In this document: piece after piece, positions 15,319 through 24,729 of the stretch
How the letters are laid out: each line of letters begins with the position of its first letter
How positions within the stretch are numbered: the stretch's first letter is position 1
Source of the DNA: a virus
Taxonomy: Duplodnaviria; Caudoviricetes
Reading direction: 5' to 3' (one strand)
Virus record (IMG/VR): IMGVR_UViG_3300042988_000102
Span: 1-35,759 of that record
Length of the DNA stretch: 35,759 nt
Notes under the pieces: model-generated
Seen by the model: the letters and a program-made list of their open reading frames with translations, nothing else
Told to the model about the DNA's origin: nothing
Database searches by the model: none
Program-made: the position numbers and the translations under genes

Positions 15319-16568
15319 TATTGACCTCTGCGTTTCAAGAGTTCAGCGCGAGCCGCGTCTGCAATGCTAGGCATTTGATTTTCAACTTTAGGGCTGAAAA
15401 CATCAGCGTAAGGATCTTTGATGAAATCACCAGTTCCACCCAATTGGGTCGCCAATGACTTGTAGTTTGCTTGATCTGCTTGCAGTTGTTTCTGGCGTTG
15501 TTTAACCATTGCACCAGCAACAGAATACAAACCTTTACGTTCTTCAGGCAGCAATGAACCACCTTCAAACACCTTTTGAGCGTAAGCCTTGACCTCATTA
15601 GGAATCGAGCGATTGCCAAGAATTGTGTTCTTATCACCCTCTTGCACAGCGCCTGATGGGTCATAAATCTTACCGATGTTGTAAATGATCGCACCATCAG
15701 CAGCTTTGTTGCCTTTGCTTGCCTCATCAATCGCAGCACCAAGAGAACGGAAACGGTTTGCAACTTCAGTTGCACCACTATCCTTAACAACGCTGCGCCA
15801 ATCTCTAAGCAAATCGGCTTGAGCTTTAGCCACTGCTGTTGGGTCTTTGAGATCAACAGCGACCTTTGGAGCTTTCAAGGACTCTTGACGATCAATATAC
15901 TGACCAATCATTAAGCGCTCTTGTGGAGTGACTTCAGCAAATGGCTTATTGATCCCGAGAACTTGCATTGCCTGCTTTACAGGGCCAGCCAAATCCTCTT
16001 TTGCTTGACCAGCAACAGTGCTAATGCCTGTCAATGGAGAGATCTCGACCAATTGGCCGTTAACTTCTTTGTACTCAGGTTTATATTTGGCATAAGTCTC
16101 AGGAGAAACCAAAGCCAAACGAGACAGAGCTTCACGGTTAATAGTCGATGGAGCTTGCTGAGTTGGAATTGCGCCAGTTTGGAAATACTGACCGATTTGT
16201 TCAGGAGCACCAGACCAGTTTTGCTCAACAGCGCCAGGCTGGATTAGGCTAGGCAAGAACTTACGCACTGCCTCTGCTTCTTGCTGTTTACGAACCAACT
16301 CACCAACTTGCATTGCAGCCATCTTCTCTTGAAGACCTTGGTTCAAAGCAGATTTGTAGAGTTGTTGACCAGCTTGCAAGCCTTCAGCAATAGCCAAAGC
16401 GCCACCAGTAGGAGTGCGACTAGGAGCGCCAGCCTTGAGCAAAGCAGCAGCCATACCGAGATTGGATTGACCTTGTGCTTGTTCTTGCAGTCGGCGCAGC
16501 TCATCAGAGCCAAGCAAGCCGCTTAGATAAGCAGGTGTTTCACCGTAAAAAGAGTCTAAGAGTGCCAT
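15318..16568 (-). CDS. Putative ejected internal virion protein
   Basis: Gly/Gln/Ala-rich N-terminus (SGLLG..GMAAALL) and position. Confidence 0.6.
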   Translation of the reverse strand: MALLDSFYGETPAYLSGLLGSDELRRLQEQAQGQSNLGMAAALLKAGAPSRTPTGGALAIAEGLQAGQQLYKSALNQGLQEKMAAMQVGELVRKQQEAEAVRKFLPSLIQPGAVEQNWSGAPEQIGQYFQTGAIPTQQAPSTINREALSRLALVSPETYAKYKPEYKEVNGQLVEISPLTGISTVAGQAKEDLAGPVKQAMQVLGINKPFAEVTPQERLMIGQYIDRQESLKAPKVAVDLKDPTAVAKAQADLLRDWRSVVKDSGATEVANRFRSLGAAIDEASKGNKAADGAIIYNIGKIYDPSGAVQEGDKNTILGNRSIPNEVKAYAQKVFEGGSLLPEERKGLYSVAGAMVKQRQKQLQADQANYKSLATQLGGTGDFIKDPYADVFSPKVENQMPSIADAARAELLKRRGQ

Positions 16569-16576
16569 ATTAGCCT

Positions 16577-17458
16577 TTACGCAGGAGTGCTGCCCCAATT
16601 TGACAACCAGTTGTAGGCATTTTGCAACCCACCGATCTTGTTATCGCCTGTTCCAGTTGCGCCCAACTTATCCAACCCACTCAGCAATTGAACGCCAAGC
16701 AAACCAGTACCCAAAGCCGTAGCCGTTGGGTTAGTGAAATATGGGGTTTGCGCAGTAGTGGTTTGACCTTTTGGAACTAAGCCAATGTTCGACAGATAGT
16801 TTGTCAGTTGAGTTTGTGGCAATTGTTGCTCGTAGCCATAACGAGCCATGTCAGCAGTCAATGCTTGCTGTTTGTAGCCTTCGCCCAATTGACCAGCCGC
16901 CAACATCTTATTGATGTCAGCATAGTCAGCTTCAGCCAAAGCTGGCGCACCAAACATTGCTTGCTGTTGACGAGCGCGTTCGTTTGCATAATTCTCATAG
17001 GCAAGTTGTCCAGCAGTGCCAGTGAGTTTCTGTGCGAGTTGACCAGCAGCAGCGCCTTGCAGGTTTGTCATAGCACCAGAGCCATAACGACCAGCCTTAG
17101 ATGCGGCAGATGTAATGTCACCAATTGCTTTGTTGAACTCGGTTGTTGCAGCTTGTGCAGCAGGCTGGAAAGCACCAGAGAAGAATGGATTTCCACCCAA
17201 ATAGTCGCCTTGGATAGTGCCAAGCAATTGCTGTTGTGCTGCGCCTGTCAGTGGGCTACCAGCAGAAGCGCGAGCCTGCAATGCTTGCAAACCAGTTTGC
17301 GTTGCCTCAGATGGGCTGACGTAGGTTTGACCTTGATAGTATTTTGGGCCACCAGCTTGGTACAGACGTTGAGCCTCTTGCAGTCCATAAGTCAAATATG
17401 GCTGAATTGTTGGGTCAATCTGTGTTGTAGATGTGGATGTTGTAGTTCCGACTGCCAT
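16577..17458 (-). CDS. Putative DNA-ejection / pilot protein
   Basis: Thr-rich N-terminus, Gln/Ala-rich body with GRYGSG and a Gly-rich hydrophobic C-terminus. Confidence 0.6.
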   Translation of the reverse strand: MAVGTTTSTSTTQIDPTIQPYLTYGLQEAQRLYQAGGPKYYQGQTYVSPSEATQTGLQALQARASAGSPLTGAAQQQLLGTIQGDYLGGNPFFSGAFQPAAQAATTEFNKAIGDITSAASKAGRYGSGAMTNLQGAAAGQLAQKLTGTAGQLAYENYANERARQQQAMFGAPALAEADYADINKMLAAGQLGEGYKQQALTADMARYGYEQQLPQTQLTNYLSNIGLVPKGQTTTAQTPYFTNPTATALGTGLLGVQLLSGLDKLGATGTGDNKIGGLQNAYNWLSNWGSTPA

Positions 17459-17481
17459 AAAAGCACCTTTCTTTTCAAAGG

Positions 17482-17537
17482 ACTCCGAGGCGGGTCATCC
17501 ACGGAGCCATTATACAGTTATCCGACAATAATGTAAG
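17482..17537 (-). promoter_or_regulatory. Internal promoter and leader hairpin before the ejection genes
   Basis: CTTACA-N17-TATAAT (17537-17509) and hairpin GCUCCGUGG-AUGACCCG-CCUCGGAGU. Confidence 0.45.
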
Positions 17538-18300
17538 CAAACGTTTTGTCAGATGTTGAATTTGCAAAATGGCTAAGAGTAGCCGTTCCCTTACCTATTT
17601 CGCTCACATAGACGTTTGAATACGACAATGGAGCAACATAATTAACCGTGAAGATTACGGCTGGAATTGAAGGTCTTGGGATTACCAAATCAGCAGCATA
17701 GCTTTCTAGCTTTACGTCTGTACTTGATACAGCGCCAGCAATTTCAACATAATCACCAGCATTGCAATCAACAAAAGTGTTTACAGTCCCAATCAAGTGG
17801 CTAGGAACGCCAGCAGACTTGCGAATAGCAAGGTCAAACCGACTTCCAGACCTAACTAGATCAGTACCATTTTTCCTAAACCAAACATCTGCATACTCAA
17901 GTGAATTAGCATAGTTAGCCAATTGCATTGAGAACTGAAAGTTATATAAACCCTTGTTTCTGACGTTTATGCGTGTCGTGTTTGACAAATAAACGCCATT
18001 TGAAAACTCAGTCGTGTCAAACTCTACAACGGCAGATGTTCCAGTTGAAGGAGCCACCTGATCGTTGTTGTTTGTAAATTGACCATAAGGCGCTGTGTCA
18101 GCTTCTGCCGCATCAGACCAAGGGATAACGATAATCTTTGAATCGTAGCCGATGCGCTCGTCTGTTATTGTCGTGGTCGTGGCGTTACCTGTTGCCAATG
18201 TCACAGTTCCGTGATTATTGGTCTTTCCGTTCATTATCCCGTTGACGATCTCAGCAACAGCGCGTTGGTCGCCACCGAAAGGCGGTAACAGGCGGAACAT
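17518..18300 (-). CDS. Tail protein with an internal C1q/TNF-like jelly-roll domain
   Basis: PYGQF..V.FD...SNGV..INV...GLYNFQFSMQ..VWFRKNG..GDYVEI pattern. Confidence 0.6.
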   Translation of the reverse strand: MFRLLPPFGGDQRAVAEIVNGIMNGKTNNHGTVTLATGNATTTTITDERIGYDSKIIVIPWSDAAEADTAPYGQFTNNNDQVAPSTGTSAVVEFDTTEFSNGVYLSNTTRINVRNKGLYNFQFSMQLANYANSLEYADVWFRKNGTDLVRSGSRFDLAIRKSAGVPSHLIGTVNTFVDCNAGDYVEIAGAVSSTDVKLESYAADLVIPRPSIPAVIFTVNYVAPLSYSNVYVSEIGKGTATLSHFANSTSDKTFAYIIVG

Positions 18301-19739
18301 CAGCGCACCCCACTTCCAACAATGTCAATATCCACAGCAACAGCAGATTTCCAGCGGTCGCCAGTTGGATTGACTTGGATTCGATGGTATTTGCCTGATC
18401 CCCTTAAAGAAACTCGGTTATCGCTGTCAGCGGCAGAAGCAGTGTTAAACGTCACGTTTTCGCTCAATAAGCGGCGTGAAGCCACAGCCACAGTTGCAGA
18501 GCCTTGATCGACTTGCGGCCTAGCCAAAGTCACCAAAGACTGACCACCAGCCTCAATATCACCCGTCTCGATTCGAGCTGTCATCGGTGTGCCTGTGTAG
18601 GTCATTACCTTTGTGGCGTAAGTTCCACCTAAGAAATACTTACCACCAGCAAACAGAATTGAATCAAGAGGCGTATCCAAAGCGTCAATTGATGCGCTCA
18701 GAGTGTCCAATTCCTCAAGCGTAGATGAGGCAGTAGACGCATCAGAAATGTAGTCTGTGCCTGCGTCTGTGTAAGTCCACTTCTTTGTTGAGAAGTTGTA
18801 GACGATCAATTTACGGCTTCCGTCTTTACTCTTGTAGTTCCACAAAACAAGTTTGCGAACTGGGTCAACTGCTGCTGACATAGTTGCATAGTCTGCTTCG
18901 CTTACGTCATCCAAGAACCAACGATCAACCTTCTCTGAGCCAATAGGCAGCACTTGTTGACCATCACACATATAGAAACCATCGTCAGACAAGAAGAACG
19001 TCACTCCTTGGAGTTGAGCAATCGAGCCTGAAACCATACAGCCTTTGTTTCGGCTGATATTGTCAAACTGGAAAATGAACGGCGTTCCAACGTAACTCAT
19101 ACGGTGGATGCTTCGCTCCAACAAGACTAAACCGAATTCACCACCACGGATGCCCATGATCTGACCGCCATCGGCAATGTCTTGGAAATCAGATTGATTG
19201 GTTGATGAAGGTGTCCAATCTGTCTCATCGTTGAAACCAGACCAGCGCACTCGGTATTGCTGTTGTGCAGCGCTTTCGTAGGTGTTAGCCACCACAACGA
19301 AATCACGAACCACAGTGATGTACTTAGCCACAGGCGCAGCAGCATCAAGGTCAGCAAAAGCAGACGATGAGCCTAGTACCCAAGATTGGAGTTTCTCAGA
19401 ATTGTTTGTTGCGATGATCGTGTCACCAAACTGAGTGAAGCGGAATCGCTCCGTTGCTGCTGTCGTATAGCCTGAGTTTTCCTCAGTCAAAACACCAACA
19501 CCAGAAACTGTGTAGATCTTTGTGCGACCAGCAGCGAACAATTTGGTGACGCCATCAGGCTGTTTACTAGCAAATAAACTCGTTAGATTCTCGCTAGCAG
19601 CCTCAGAAAACTCAACAGATTGAGGAAATGGGCCATAACCAACAGCTTGAGAAACGCAGTTCTTTGCATCTGTCAGAGCGCCAGTGATGCCAGGCTGATC
19701 TGGCAACCACTCGCTGAATTGGATTCTTTGTGTTGGCAT
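18300..19739 (-). CDS. Tail hub / stabilisation protein (P22 gp10-like)
   Basis: FSEWLPDQP start, FTQFGD, RVRWS, FFLSDDGFY and position after the adaptor. Confidence 0.7.
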   Translation of the reverse strand: MPTQRIQFSEWLPDQPGITGALTDAKNCVSQAVGYGPFPQSVEFSEAASENLTSLFASKQPDGVTKLFAAGRTKIYTVSGVGVLTEENSGYTTAATERFRFTQFGDTIIATNNSEKLQSWVLGSSSAFADLDAAAPVAKYITVVRDFVVVANTYESAAQQQYRVRWSGFNDETDWTPSSTNQSDFQDIADGGQIMGIRGGEFGLVLLERSIHRMSYVGTPFIFQFDNISRNKGCMVSGSIAQLQGVTFFLSDDGFYMCDGQQVLPIGSEKVDRWFLDDVSEADYATMSAAVDPVRKLVLWNYKSKDGSRKLIVYNFSTKKWTYTDAGTDYISDASTASSTLEELDTLSASIDALDTPLDSILFAGGKYFLGGTYATKVMTYTGTPMTARIETGDIEAGGQSLVTLARPQVDQGSATVAVASRRLLSENVTFNTASAADSDNRVSLRGSGKYHRIQVNPTGDRWKSAVAVDIDIVGSGVR

Positions 19740-19740
19740 A

Positions 19741-20571
19741 CTATCCCTGTCTTAACCATGTGTTTGAACTGGCTGATTGCGTTGTCCATGTACTCGTAGA
19801 AACAGACGCATCTGACCATTCATTTGAATTTGCACTCACCTGTGTCCAAGTGTTCTCGTTTTGCGATACATCAGACCAAGCGTTTGAAGTATCGGCAATG
19901 TCAGACCAATTATCGCCCAGACGATTCCCACTACAAACAACAATAGCATCGCAGGATATATTGCCAGAGAAGTCAAAAACCGCATAAGCGTTAGCCTCAA
20001 AAGTTGCCTCACACTCAACACTTGCCACACCATCAGCGGTAATACCACCAAGAGCAGAAACCGTAGCAGAGCATGAAACTGAGGCGTCAGCTTGACGCAC
20101 TCGGACAGAATCAGCGGTAACCGTAGCGGCAGACGTTACAGACGCAACACCATCTAGTATTAGCCCACCCATTGCCTCGACTGTTGCCGAGCATGAAATG
20201 TCAGCAGAAGCGATAGCAATACGCTGACCAGCAGCAGAAACGCTTGCAGAAGCGCTTATATCTGCACTGGCAATAGCAACCCTAGTACCGTCACAAGAAA
20301 CGCTTGCAGCGGCGTTTACAGATGCGTCACCAAGAGCAACCCTGATTGCCTGACAAGAAACAGTCGCAGAGCAGCTGACTGCACCAGCGCCAGCAAATGT
20401 GACTGTTGAATCTGACGATACGGTAGCAGTCGCATTGACCGAACCGTAAGCATCCCACAGAGTAACAGACGTTGTGTATAACTCGCTGTCAAGAGACAGG
20501 GTTAAGTCGTCAAGACTAGCCTTGAGATTATCTAGGCTGTCAATTGTCCACGGTGGGAGCAGGTCAGCCAT
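19741..20571 (-). CDS. Ala/Ser/Thr-rich repeat structural protein
   Basis: About 21-aa A.(V/I)SCSATV repeats and C-terminal Trp repeats every 10 aa. Confidence 0.7.
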   Translation of the reverse strand: MADLLPPWTIDSLDNLKASLDDLTLSLDSELYTTSVTLWDAYGSVNATATVSSDSTVTFAGAGAVSCSATVSCQAIRVALGDASVNAAASVSCDGTRVAIASADISASASVSAAGQRIAIASADISCSATVEAMGGLILDGVASVTSAATVTADSVRVRQADASVSCSATVSALGGITADGVASVECEATFEANAYAVFDFSGNISCDAIVVCSGNRLGDNWSDIADTSNAWSDVSQNENTWTQVSANSNEWSDASVSTSTWTTQSASSNTWLRQG

Positions 20572-20572
20572 A

Positions 20573-20959
20573 TCACGCCAATGTCACACTCAATGAACCA
20601 GAGGCGATGCGGAAAACGTCACCAGTGGCAATTGTTTTAGAAGCATCCAAAGCTGTGTGGTACAACAAGTTGCCAGCAGTAGACGCATCACGGATGCCAA
20701 CGTGGGTAACAGTACCCCAAGAGCCACCAGCTTGAGGAAACTCAATGGCTGCGCTGTTTGTTGTCACACCGTTAGAAGGAGAACCGAAAGTGATCGACTG
20801 ACGGGCGTAAGAAGTACCAGAGACCTCTGTGCCTGAGTCTGCATCAGTTGGGTCGCTTGTATAGAGCGCCAAATAAACAGTGGTTGGAGTTGTGTAGCTC
20901 GTATTACGCAGCGTGGCGTTAATCAGAGCGTTCTCAAGATAGTTTGACATTTCAGCCAT
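20573..20959 (-). CDS. Virion structural protein (tail/fibre associated)
   Basis: SNYLEN, YLALYTSDP, EVSG..YARQ, FP.A...WGTVTH.GI.DA...GNLL. Confidence 0.75.
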   Translation of the reverse strand: MAEMSNYLENALINATLRNTSYTTPTTVYLALYTSDPTDADSGTEVSGTSYARQSITFGSPSNGVTTNSAAIEFPQAGGSWGTVTHVGIRDASTAGNLLYHTALDASKTIATGDVFRIASGSLSVTLA

Positions 20960-20962
20960 GAT

Positions 20963-21583
20963 TTACCTCGTTGCTGTTGACATTGAAAGTGGAACACCCG
21001 AATACTGAGCTGATTCGTCAGACTTAGTAAGGGTAGAGATTGCGCGGTCGTACATAGTTCCCCATGTATTGATGCGCTGATCGTTCATTAAATAAGGCTC
21101 TGCTTCAATCAAAGAAGCATATAGCAAAGCGTCAGGCGCGTTAGCGATAAACGCATTGCTTGAATTTGTGTCGCTCAAGAACTCAGGAGCAGCGTAGTAC
21201 AGCATTTTTACTGTGTAGGCTGAATCAGGAACAGGAGCGAACTGAAACTCAGACGCAAGAATAGTGTAATCAAGCGGTTTGCCGCTTTCTGTCACACGCG
21301 CATTGCGGCTGAAAATAGAAGGGCTTGAGTAAGTCAACGGTTGTACTGGGTTTGTTGACAAAATCAGATCACGGATTTCAATGAAGTCTGAAGGCAGCGC
21401 CACGGTAGACGTACCAGAGACAGTTGAAGTGGTCACAGATTTGAGCATCTGGCGAATACGCAACTCACGGCGCAGGCGCAACTCAGCAAAACGGATGAAA
21501 TCAGAGATTTGATCTGTCAGGTCTGTACGAGCCAAGTAATTGGCTACCGTAGTCTTTAAATCAGAGTAAGTGGCAATGGTCAT
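20963..21583 (-). CDS. Head-tail adaptor protein
   Basis: TYSDLK..VANYLAR.DL, FI..AE.RL.R.LR, LPSDF, PDALLY..L.EAEPYLMND.R. Confidence 0.75.
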   Translation of the reverse strand: MTIATYSDLKTTVANYLARTDLTDQISDFIRFAELRLRRELRIRQMLKSVTTSTVSGTSTVALPSDFIEIRDLILSTNPVQPLTYSSPSIFSRNARVTESGKPLDYTILASEFQFAPVPDSAYTVKMLYYAAPEFLSDTNSSNAFIANAPDALLYASLIEAEPYLMNDQRINTWGTMYDRAISTLTKSDESAQYSGVPLSMSTATR

Positions 21584-22200
21584 ACATCATCCCAACCGTA
21601 TTCATATGTTCCAATGTGACGAATGTGCTTTGAGAGATCATGGTCTACAACAGTCTTGAAACCAGAATCAAACGCTTTTGCACAGAAATAAATGTCTTCG
21701 CCTATTGTCCCACCTTTGTCGGTCTGTTCAAACCAAAACCAAGGTTTTTGTGTCTTTTGGAAAACTTCTTTTCTGATAAGAACCATCCCAAAACCAACAC
21801 CCATGACTTGCTCAAGACCTGTTTTGTCCTTGCTCGTAACTTTGACCAGATCATTATTTTCGTGGTCAATGTCCAAAGCAGTAGGCAAACAAGGAAAACG
21901 GCGAGTGGTCGCATTAACGCCAACAATCGGCAACTTACGAGACAAAAGAATCTGAAGCGCATCTTTAGGGAAACGCATATCAGAGTCAATCCAAAGGATA
22001 GCGTCAGCGCCATCCTTTAGAGCTTGTTCGGCAAGTCGTTCACGCTGATTGAAGATCAAAGTGCCAGGCACTTGATAGATCATCAACGAACCGCCTTTAG
22101 CGCATCGAGTAACACCCTCATACGCGCACAGTTTCGCTAAGTCAAAAGCAAACCCTGTCATGACAGTATCACGGCAGGGAACGCAGATAGCTACCTTCAT
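21580..22200 (-). CDS. GT-A / GT2-like glycosyltransferase
   Basis: VAICVPC, ILWIDSDM (DxD), GFGMVLI...VF, GEDIYFC, HIG. Confidence 0.8.
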   Translation of the reverse strand: MKVAICVPCRDTVMTGFAFDLAKLCAYEGVTRCAKGGSLMIYQVPGTLIFNQRERLAEQALKDGADAILWIDSDMRFPKDALQILLSRKLPIVGVNATTRRFPCLPTALDIDHENNDLVKVTSKDKTGLEQVMGVGFGMVLIRKEVFQKTQKPWFWFEQTDKGGTIGEDIYFCAKAFDSGFKTVVDHDLSKHIRHIGTYEYGWDDV

Positions 22201-22505
22201 AGTTGTCCTGGTCTTGTTCTAAAGAACCGATTATCAGGGTCATTCAAGAAGGCGCGAAACCTTTTTTCATCAATCACAGCAAAACCTCGCATGATTCCCT
22301 TTTTGTTTAGGTCATCAATGACCGCATTAGGAATACTTGCGACTTTTGTCCATTCACCCCACTTAGCTTTCTCATCAATGGCATTAAATTGAGCTTTGTT
22401 GCTCTCAATAATCCCAGAAATGTCTTGCTTAGTTTCGATGAAATACTTTCCATCAAGATCATGGAAATTGGATGTTTTACCGTCTTGTGAGAATATGTGG
22501 CGCAT
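22197..22505 (-). CDS. Conserved hypothetical protein after the capsid gene
   Basis: KQD..I...K, KVASIP, FLNDPDNRFFRT. Confidence 0.75.
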   Translation of the reverse strand: MRHIFSQDGKTSNFHDLDGKYFIETKQDISGIIESNKAQFNAIDEKAKWGEWTKVASIPNAVIDDLNKKGIMRGFAVIDEKRFRAFLNDPDNRFFRTRPGQL

Positions 22506-22508
22506 AAG

Positions 22509-22531
22509 AAAAGGGGGGTGATTAGCCCCCC
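22509..22531 (-). terminator. Intrinsic terminator after the major capsid gene
   Basis: GGGGGG-CUAAUCA-CCCCCC followed by UUUU. Confidence 0.65.
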
Positions 22532-22538
22532 AATGTTA

Positions 22539-23489
22539 TCAAGAAGTCGACAAGTCAGCGGCGATGCCGTGAGCTGCTTCGTTACGCATTTCGAGTGTCA
22601 ACTCAGCCAAGATCTGAGTCTTCTCGCTGTCGCCAGCCTTAGCCAATTCGTTGGTTTGGAATGGGCGCAGGTAAGCAACTGCTGCGTATTCTGGATCGAG
22701 AACCAGAGCGTCACGGGTACGCATGAAGCGTGAAGGAACAACGCTCACAGTACCAAAGTCGCTCATGTAAACGTCAGCAGCGCCGATGATGGTTGTGGGG
22801 CCATCAGAAGGAGCCATGAAACGTTGTGCAGCGATACCAGCGAAAGCCGACACAGCTTGCTTCTGGAATGGGCCAACCATCAAAATCTTGGGGTTGCCAC
22901 CAGAGCTGTAAACCTTCTGAATCACATCCTTCAAGATGGTTTCAGTGAAAGCGCGTTGAGTGCCATCAGTACGGGTAGAAGTACCAGCAGTTGTTGGGTC
23001 AACACCAGCAGTAGTACCAGAAGACTTGTTTGTGTTGGTCTTAATCCAAGACAACATTGCGCCCAAAGTGCGAGCAGTAGACGAATCACCAGCCGACTTG
23101 CCTTGGTTGGCAGTCAAGATAGTTTCGATGTCGCGCTTGAGTTCGGCAGATGCCTTGCTCAATTGGTAAGCCTTTTCGCTCTTACGACCAGCTTTGTCCA
23201 CAGACTCCAAAGTGCCAGAGATCTTGATGGTCTTTTGAACGATCTGAGTGTAGTTACCCAAACGAGTGGTGGGTGACATAGTAGCGTCAGAAGCGTCAGC
23301 ACCTTCAACAGCAGCGTTGGCAGTTGTAGCAGCAGCCAAGCTGTCAGTTTGCCACTCGTGGTAAACAGCAGTAGCTTTAGCGCGGGCCAAAGTGTTCAAC
23401 AATGGGGTGTCGGTGGGGCTGATGTCATAGATAACATCTGACAGGTCTTCGCGGTTACCGATAGATTGGTAGGTTTGATATGTAGCCAT
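22539..23489 (-). CDS. Major capsid protein (SU10 / DUF5309 type)
   Basis: GNREDLSDVIYDISPTDTP, HEWQTD.L, NA.VEG, N.TQI..K, ELKRDIE, ELAK.GDSEK. Confidence 0.9.
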   Translation of the reverse strand: MATYQTYQSIGNREDLSDVIYDISPTDTPLLNTLARAKATAVYHEWQTDSLAAATTANAAVEGADASDATMSPTTRLGNYTQIVQKTIKISGTLESVDKAGRKSEKAYQLSKASAELKRDIETILTANQGKSAGDSSTARTLGAMLSWIKTNTNKSSGTTAGVDPTTAGTSTRTDGTQRAFTETILKDVIQKVYSSGGNPKILMVGPFQKQAVSAFAGIAAQRFMAPSDGPTTIIGAADVYMSDFGTVSVVPSRFMRTRDALVLDPEYAAVAYLRPFQTNELAKAGDSEKTQILAELTLEMRNEAAHGIAADLSTS

Positions 23490-23502
23490 TTTTAGCTCCT
23501 AT

Positions 23503-24450
23503 TTACAAGAATTTTTCAAATACTCGCGCTGCGTCACGAACATTGCCCGTTTTCTTCAGCTGCGAGTGCAGTTTTTTGTTCTGCTCTGTTTCTGCGTTTC
23601 GTGGCGTAGATGTACCCGCTTTCATCATCTTCGGAGCTGCTTCCACTTTCTTAGTGATTGAAGGCTTATTGCTCTGAAGTTTCGCGTACTTCATACCATG
23701 ATACAGACTCAGAACAGCGCGTGAGTCGTACAGTCCTGCAAGCTCTTGGTCACTCCAACCGATAGACTTGGCGTAATCCCGAATATCCTTGCGGATTTGG
23801 TCGCCTGTCTTTGGGTCTCCGTAACCAGGGATGGCTGAAGTCAATTTCTGACTTTCTTCAGCGAGATGACTTTGCAGGCGCTCAGATTGCTCGGCTTGTT
23901 GCTGTTGTGCAATGCGTTGCTGCTCTTGTTGCAGGACTGCTAATTGTTTCTCTCGTTGTGCCTGTTCAGCGACCTTCACGGCATAGCCAATCGGGTCGGT
24001 TTCCTTTAAAGCCTCAAGATTTTCACCTTTGTTCTGTTGCTGGAGAAATTGCTCCATCATTTGCAGACGTTGGGCGTACTGATCTCGTAATTTGTTTGCT
24101 TCCTGAATTTTCGCTCGTTCGGCTTCCACCGCTTTGCGTTCTTCAGCAAGTTTCTGGGTTTTCTTGGTGTAATCCGCGCCTAATTGGTAGCCCTCAATAA
24201 GCTCAGTCTCAGTTACTTCACGATCTTCACCAGCGGCTTTAACGCGGAAAGTTCGTTTAGGCTGTTCTTCAGCTTCTTCAGAATCTACCAACTCGGACTC
24301 AGATTCCTCAACATATTCCTCGGCTGCTTCTTCAGTTTCAGGTTGGCTGTTCTCAGCGCCCTCTGCTGCATCCATCATGCCTAGAAATGCTGCTGCGGCT
24401 GTGTCCACCGTCAGCGGCCCACTACCTTGCGGTGTCGTGTTTTCGCTCAT
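23503..24450 (-). CDS. Capsid scaffolding protein
   Basis: Acidic N-terminus, VKAAGE..EVT..EL..GY..ADYTKKTQ.LAE, coiled coil and LKKTG..DAA end. Confidence 0.85.
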   Translation of the reverse strand: MSENTTPQGSGPLTVDTAAAAFLGMMDAAEGAENSQPETEEAAEEYVEESESELVDSEEAEEQPKRTFRVKAAGEDREVTETELIEGYQLGADYTKKTQKLAEERKAVEAERAKIQEANKLRDQYAQRLQMMEQFLQQQNKGENLEALKETDPIGYAVKVAEQAQREKQLAVLQQEQQRIAQQQQAEQSERLQSHLAEESQKLTSAIPGYGDPKTGDQIRKDIRDYAKSIGWSDQELAGLYDSRAVLSLYHGMKYAKLQSNKPSITKKVEAAPKMMKAGTSTPRNAETEQNKKLHSQLKKTGNVRDAARVFEKFL

Positions 24451-24498
24451 TTGATTCCCAAATTGTCAGCACTAACCGAGTGCCACGGGTAACTTACG

Positions 24499-24729
24499 TT
24501 ACAGAATCTTCCAGCGCTTTTTGGCAATCTCGCTTGTAGCGGCAATTGACTCAAAATGCGCGATAACCAATTGTAATGCGTTAATCCTTGAATACGCAAC
24601 TTCTCTTACATCAACCTGATCTGGTGATGAATGAACAATTGTTTGCAGTTCAGAATTTTTCAAGGCTTCAATCTCGCCCATGAAAAAATCATCACGCAGT
24701 AAGTTCTTAGCGAGTTGCGGTTTGTCCAA
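24499..24729 (-). CDS. Conserved small protein between portal and scaffold
   Basis: 76 aa with an RE.AY motif. Confidence 0.7.
   Translation of the reverse strand: MDKPQLAKNLLRDDFFMGEIEALKNSELQTIVHSSPDQVDVREVAYSRINALQLVIAHFESIAATSEIAKKRWKIL

Noticed and set aside
16808-17536. Long + strand ORFs opposite structural genes (also 22824-23276, 30429-30977, 34639-35256)
   Set aside because: These are antisense shadows of well-supported - strand genes, with no RBS or recognisable motifs.
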